Source: a virus
DNA: 64,000 nucleotides
Strand: one strand, 5' to 3'
IMG/VR virus record: IMGVR_UViG_3300012920_000029
Location: 1-64,000 of that record
Shown: positions 60,569 to 64,000 of the stretch, one piece after another
Position numbering within the stretch: position 1 is the stretch's first letter
Layout of the letters: every line of letters begins with the position of its first letter
Position numbers and translations under genes: made by a program
The notes under the pieces: generated by a model
Databases searched by the model: none
Told to the model about the DNA's origin: nothing
Seen by the model: only the letters and a program-made list of their open reading frames with translations

Positions 60569-63500
60569 ATGTCAAAGAATACAAGATTTCTTTATACCAC
60601 TCCTGAAGAAAAGCAAAAGCAGCTACGGCTCAAAACACTAGAAGGGGTTAAGAGCTTATTTCCTATTATAGGTACACACCACACCATAGAAGCTGACAAT
60701 TTTGAAGTACAGGAAAAAGGAGTTACGTATGCGGATCATAAAAAAGCTCTTTTTAAAGGGGGCTCTATATATGAGCCCATTAAAGCTAGAGTAACTATTA
60801 AAGACAAAGAAGGTAATGTAGTCTCCAAAAGAAATAAGCACACTATAATGCACTTACCTAGAGTTACTCACCATAATACTTTTGTAGTAAGAGGTAACGA
60901 GTATGCTCTAAAGCATCAACTTAGGACTAAGCCTGGAGTTTACACACGTAAGAGAGGTAGTGAGGAGTTGGAGTCTAGCTTTAACTTAGCTAAAGGAGCT
61001 AACTTCAGATTGAGTTTGAACCCTAACAAAGGGGGCCTTCAAATGGAATATGGAAGTTCTAAGATTCCCATGTACCCTATACTAAAAGAGATGGGTGTAA
61101 CTGATAGTGATATGTCTAAGTATTGGGGACAAGACTTAGTTAATCGTAATAAAGATCTGTATAAAAAGTCTTCTGAATCCGCAGTTAATAAACTATTCTC
61201 TAAAATAGTGCCTAAAGCAGAGCAGGCTTTAGCTTCTAATAGTACTGAAAAAGCTCAAGCAATTATGAGAGCCTACGACAACACTATATTAGATGAGGAG
61301 ACCACCCGGGCCACTCTAAAAAAGGGGTTCTCAAAAGTAACTCCCGAAGCTCTACTAGTAGCAAGTAAAAAACTTGTTTCTGTATACAAAGGGGATGAGG
61401 AAGAGGATTCTAGGGATAGTCTTCAATTTCAAAAGGTCGTAGGTCCTGAGGACATATTTAAGGAGAGGTTGGAGCTAAAAGCTAGGGAACTTAAATGGAA
61501 AATAAAAAATAAGTTGGATTTAAGCCCTTCAGTAAGTGTCGCTAAGGTTATGCCTAGCACTAGTACTAATGGGGAGCTAAAAAAGTTTTTAAGTACTGCG
61601 CAACTAGCTAGCTTACCTTCTCAAATTAATCCTGTAGAAATGTTAGATAGTGCTTTAGCCGTTACAAGGTTAGGAGAGGGTGGTATATCAAGTGATAGGG
61701 CTGTACCTGCTTCTGCAAGGAAGCTTCATTCTTCTATGCTTGGTATAATAGATCCTTTCAGAACACCGGAATCTGGTAACGTAGGTATCGATCAAAGATT
61801 TACCTTTGGAGCTAAACGAGACGATGACGGAAATCTATACGCTTCTTTAAAAGATGCTAAATCAAATAAATCTGTAGATGTATCCGCTACAGAAATGGGT
61901 ACTAAGGTAATAGCGTTTCCAAATCAAGATTTAAAGTCTGGCCGAGTAGACGCTATGGTTAGAGGTAAAGTAGGGAAGGTTAAACCTAGCGAAGTAGATT
62001 ATTACATAGATAAAGCTCCCAAAATGTATACATTAAATACTAACTTAGTACCTCTATTAGATAGCACACAAGGTAATAGGGTTATAATGGGTTCTAAAAT
62101 GGTAGGACAAGCTATGCCTTTAGTAGATAGGGAAAAACCTCTGGTTATGAGTTCCTTTGACGATAAGTCTGATACTGAAGAAGATTCATTAGAAAGAATA
62201 ATAGGACAAGCCACTACTAGAGGTGTACGCTCTTTAGGAAAGGGTAAAGTAACAGAAGTCACTAAAGATTATATAAAAGTTAAGTACTCAGATAAATCTA
62301 AAGGTGAGCAGACTTATGAAATACCTCATGATATGCCTTTAGCTTCTAAAACTTTTTTAGATGGTGTAGCCAAAGTAAAGGTAGGGGACTCTGTAGAAGA
62401 GGGTACTACTCTAATGGATACTAATTTTACAAAAGACGGTACTTTAGCTCTAGGTAGGAATTTAAAAGTAGGGTATCTGGCTTATCATGGATTAAACTCT
62501 AACGATGCCGTAGTTATGAGTAAAGGAGCTACTGAGAAAATGGCTTCTATAAATATGACTAAGTACGTTATTGAAGAAGATAGAGACACAGTTATAGATA
62601 AAAACAAGCACTCAGCTAACTTTCCTAGAATATTTACAAAGGACCAATATTCTAAACTTAGTAAAGGTGTTGTACAGGTAGGTCAAAAACTTCGCCAAGG
62701 AGATCCTATAGCAGCCGTATTAAGAAAAAAAACTCCCAGTATGGAAAATCAGATATTAGGAAAAGTACACAAATCACTAAGACAAGAGTACTCAGATAAT
62801 AGTGATGTATGGGACAAGTCTTCAGAAGGCGAGGTAGTAGCTGTAGAAAAAGAGGGTAAAAGAACTACAGTAGTGGTTAAGAGTGTTGAGAAACTTAAAA
62901 TAGGGGACAAAGTTAGTAATAGGTATGGAGGTAAGGGTGTTATCAGTAAGATAGTAGATGATTCTGACATGGTACAAGACGAGTCTGGAAAACCCATAGA
63001 TATACTATGGAGTTCTCTAGGTGTAGTTAGCCGTATTAACCCCTCTCAAGTAATTGAAACTGCAGCTGCCAAAGTTGCTGAGAAAACAGGCAAACCCATA
63101 GCTATATCTTCTTTTAAAAAGCGTAATAATGTAGAGTGGGTACGAGGACTAATGAAAAAGCATGGTGTGAAAGATAAAGAAACTGTGTATGACCCTATTA
63201 CAGGTAAGAAAATACCTAATATAATGGTAGGTCCCCAGTACACTTATAAGCTATTCAAAAGTTCAGATACTAACTACGCTGCTAGAGGCTTAAATGGGGG
63301 GTACGATATAAATGAGCTTCCTAGTAAAGGAGGGGTTACAGGTGCTAAAGGCACTGGTATTATGGAGATAAATGGTTTACTAGCGCATGATGCTAGAGAT
63401 ATTCTTAAAGAGAATGCTACCATCAAAGGTACTCGTAACACTGAGTTTTGGAGAGCCTTCCAGCTTGGGAGACCTTTACCTCCTCCCAAATCTAGTTTTG

Positions 63501-64000
63501 CTTTTGATAAGTTTAAAGGTATGTTGGCAGGTGCTGGTTTAAAATTTAAAAAAGAGGGTAACCACATGTCTATGGCTCCTCTTACAGATTCTGAAGTTAG
63601 GGCCATGTCTAATGGAGAGATTAAAAATGGTAGGATGGTGCTAGCTAAGAATTTAAAAAGTGAGGCGGGAGGTCTTTTTGATTTAGGTAAAACAGGCGGA
63701 ATAGTAGGAACTAAGTGGACTCATATTGAGCTGCCCGAGCCAGTAGTTAATCCTTTATTTAAAGATGCTAGTAGGCGGTTGCTAGGTATGACCGAGAAGG
63801 AGTTGGATGAAACTACCTTTACAAAGGGTGGGGAATACATTAAGAAAGAGCTAGATAATTTAGACTTAGATTCTAAGCTTTCTAGCCTAAAAGAATCTAT
63901 AAGTGCAGCTAAAGGAGCTGATAAAGATAATAAGTATAAGCAGATAAAAGCTATTAACGCTCTAAAAGCCAATGGTATGAAAGCCGGGGAAGCTTATACT
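60569..64000 (+). CDS. Phage multisubunit RNA polymerase, fused beta-beta' (3'-truncated by window)
   Basis: Absent from the ORF track (no stop). In one frame from ATG 60569: GIIDPFRTPESGNVG, GNRVIMGSKMVGQA, NSNDAVV, GDKVSNRYGGKGVISKI (beta), then GGLFD..KWTHIELPEPVVNP (beta' N-terminus). Confidence 0.85.
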   Translation, partial: MSKNTRFLYTTPEEKQKQLRLKTLEGVKSLFPIIGTHHTIEADNFEVQEKGVTYADHKKALFKGGSIYEPIKARVTIKDKEGNVVSKRNKHTIMHLPRVTHHNTFVVRGNEYALKHQLRTKPGVYTRKRGSEELESSFNLAKGANFRLSLNPNKGGLQMEYGSSKIPMYPILKEMGVTDSDMSKYWGQDLVNRNKDLYKKSSESAVNKLFSKIVPKAEQALASNSTEKAQAIMRAYDNTILDEETTRATLKKGFSKVTPEALLVASKKLVSVYKGDEEEDSRDSLQFQKVVGPEDIFKERLELKARELKWKIKNKLDLSPSVSVAKVMPSTSTNGELKKFLSTAQLASLPSQINPVEMLDSALAVTRLGEGGISSDRAVPASARKLHSSMLGIIDPFRTPESGNVGIDQRFTFGAKRDDDGNLYASLKDAKSNKSVDVSATEMGTKVIAFPNQDLKSGRVDAMVRGKVGKVKPSEVDYYIDKAPKMYTLNTNLVPLLDSTQGNRVIMGSKMVGQAMPLVDREKPLVMSSFDDKSDTEEDSLERIIGQATTRGVRSLGKGKVTEVTKDYIKVKYSDKSKGEQTYEIPHDMPLASKTFLDGVAKVKVGDSVEEGTTLMDTNFTKDGTLALGRNLKVGYLAYHGLNSNDAVVMSKGATEKMASINMTKYVIEEDRDTVIDKNKHSANFPRIFTKDQYSKLSKGVVQVGQKLRQGDPIAAVLRKKTPSMENQILGKVHKSLRQEYSDNSDVWDKSSEGEVVAVEKEGKRTTVVVKSVEKLKIGDKVSNRYGGKGVISKIVDDSDMVQDESGKPIDILWSSLGVVSRINPSQVIETAAAKVAEKTGKPIAISSFKKRNNVEWVRGLMKKHGVKDKETVYDPITGKKIPNIMVGPQYTYKLFKSSDTNYAARGLNGGYDINELPSKGGVTGAKGTGIMEINGLLAHDARDILKENATIKGTRNTEFWRAFQLGRPLPPPKSSFAFDKFKGMLAGAGLKFKKEGNHMSMAPLTDSEVRAMSNGEIKNGRMVLAKNLKSEAGGLFDLGKTGGIVGTKWTHIELPEPVVNPLFKDASRRLLGMTEKELDETTFTKGGEYIKKELDNLDLDSKLSSLKESISAAKGADKDNKYKQIKAINALKANGMKAGEAYT

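Noticed and set aside
60656-63972. Short - strand ORFs listed in the track
   Set aside because: Shadows antisense to the RNA polymerase reading frame; likewise other short ORFs antisense to long genes (e.g. 2079-2597, 11131-11547, 52667-53230)
1-64000. Stop-codon reassignment (TAG) suggested by TAG richness
   Set aside because: Standard code gives long, densely packed ORFs, and several genes (e.g. terminase) end properly at TAG

Overview
This window is a segment of a large, AT-rich, tailed (myovirus-like) bacteriophage genome. The + strand carries virion genes: putative head or ejection proteins sharing a K-x-A motif, a tail fibre, tail chaperones with a -1 frameshift, tape measure, baseplate, terminase and portal. 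It also carries two sigma-70-like factors and a phage multisubunit RNA polymerase with beta and beta' fused, running off the right end. The - strand carries replication and recombination genes (UDG-like/PolA fusion, primase-helicase, SNF2 helicase, two PD-(D/E)XK nucleases, ParB-like, RuvC) and an accessory operon with a vWA/metallopeptidase, an atypical retron-like reverse transcriptase (YSDN) and large unknown ORFs, with a MoxR-like AAA+ ATPase just upstream. The most striking element is an ~860-bp non-coding tandem array (42884-43739) of six clear plus one divergent structured units. Each unit is closed by its own covarying inverted repeat, has conserved internal motifs and a variable hairpin, and the array is preceded by a putative phage promoter. 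The layout resembles an array of retron msr-msd ncRNAs that could be templates in trans for the phage RT. This interpretation and all product calls come from manual motif reading, not database searches.
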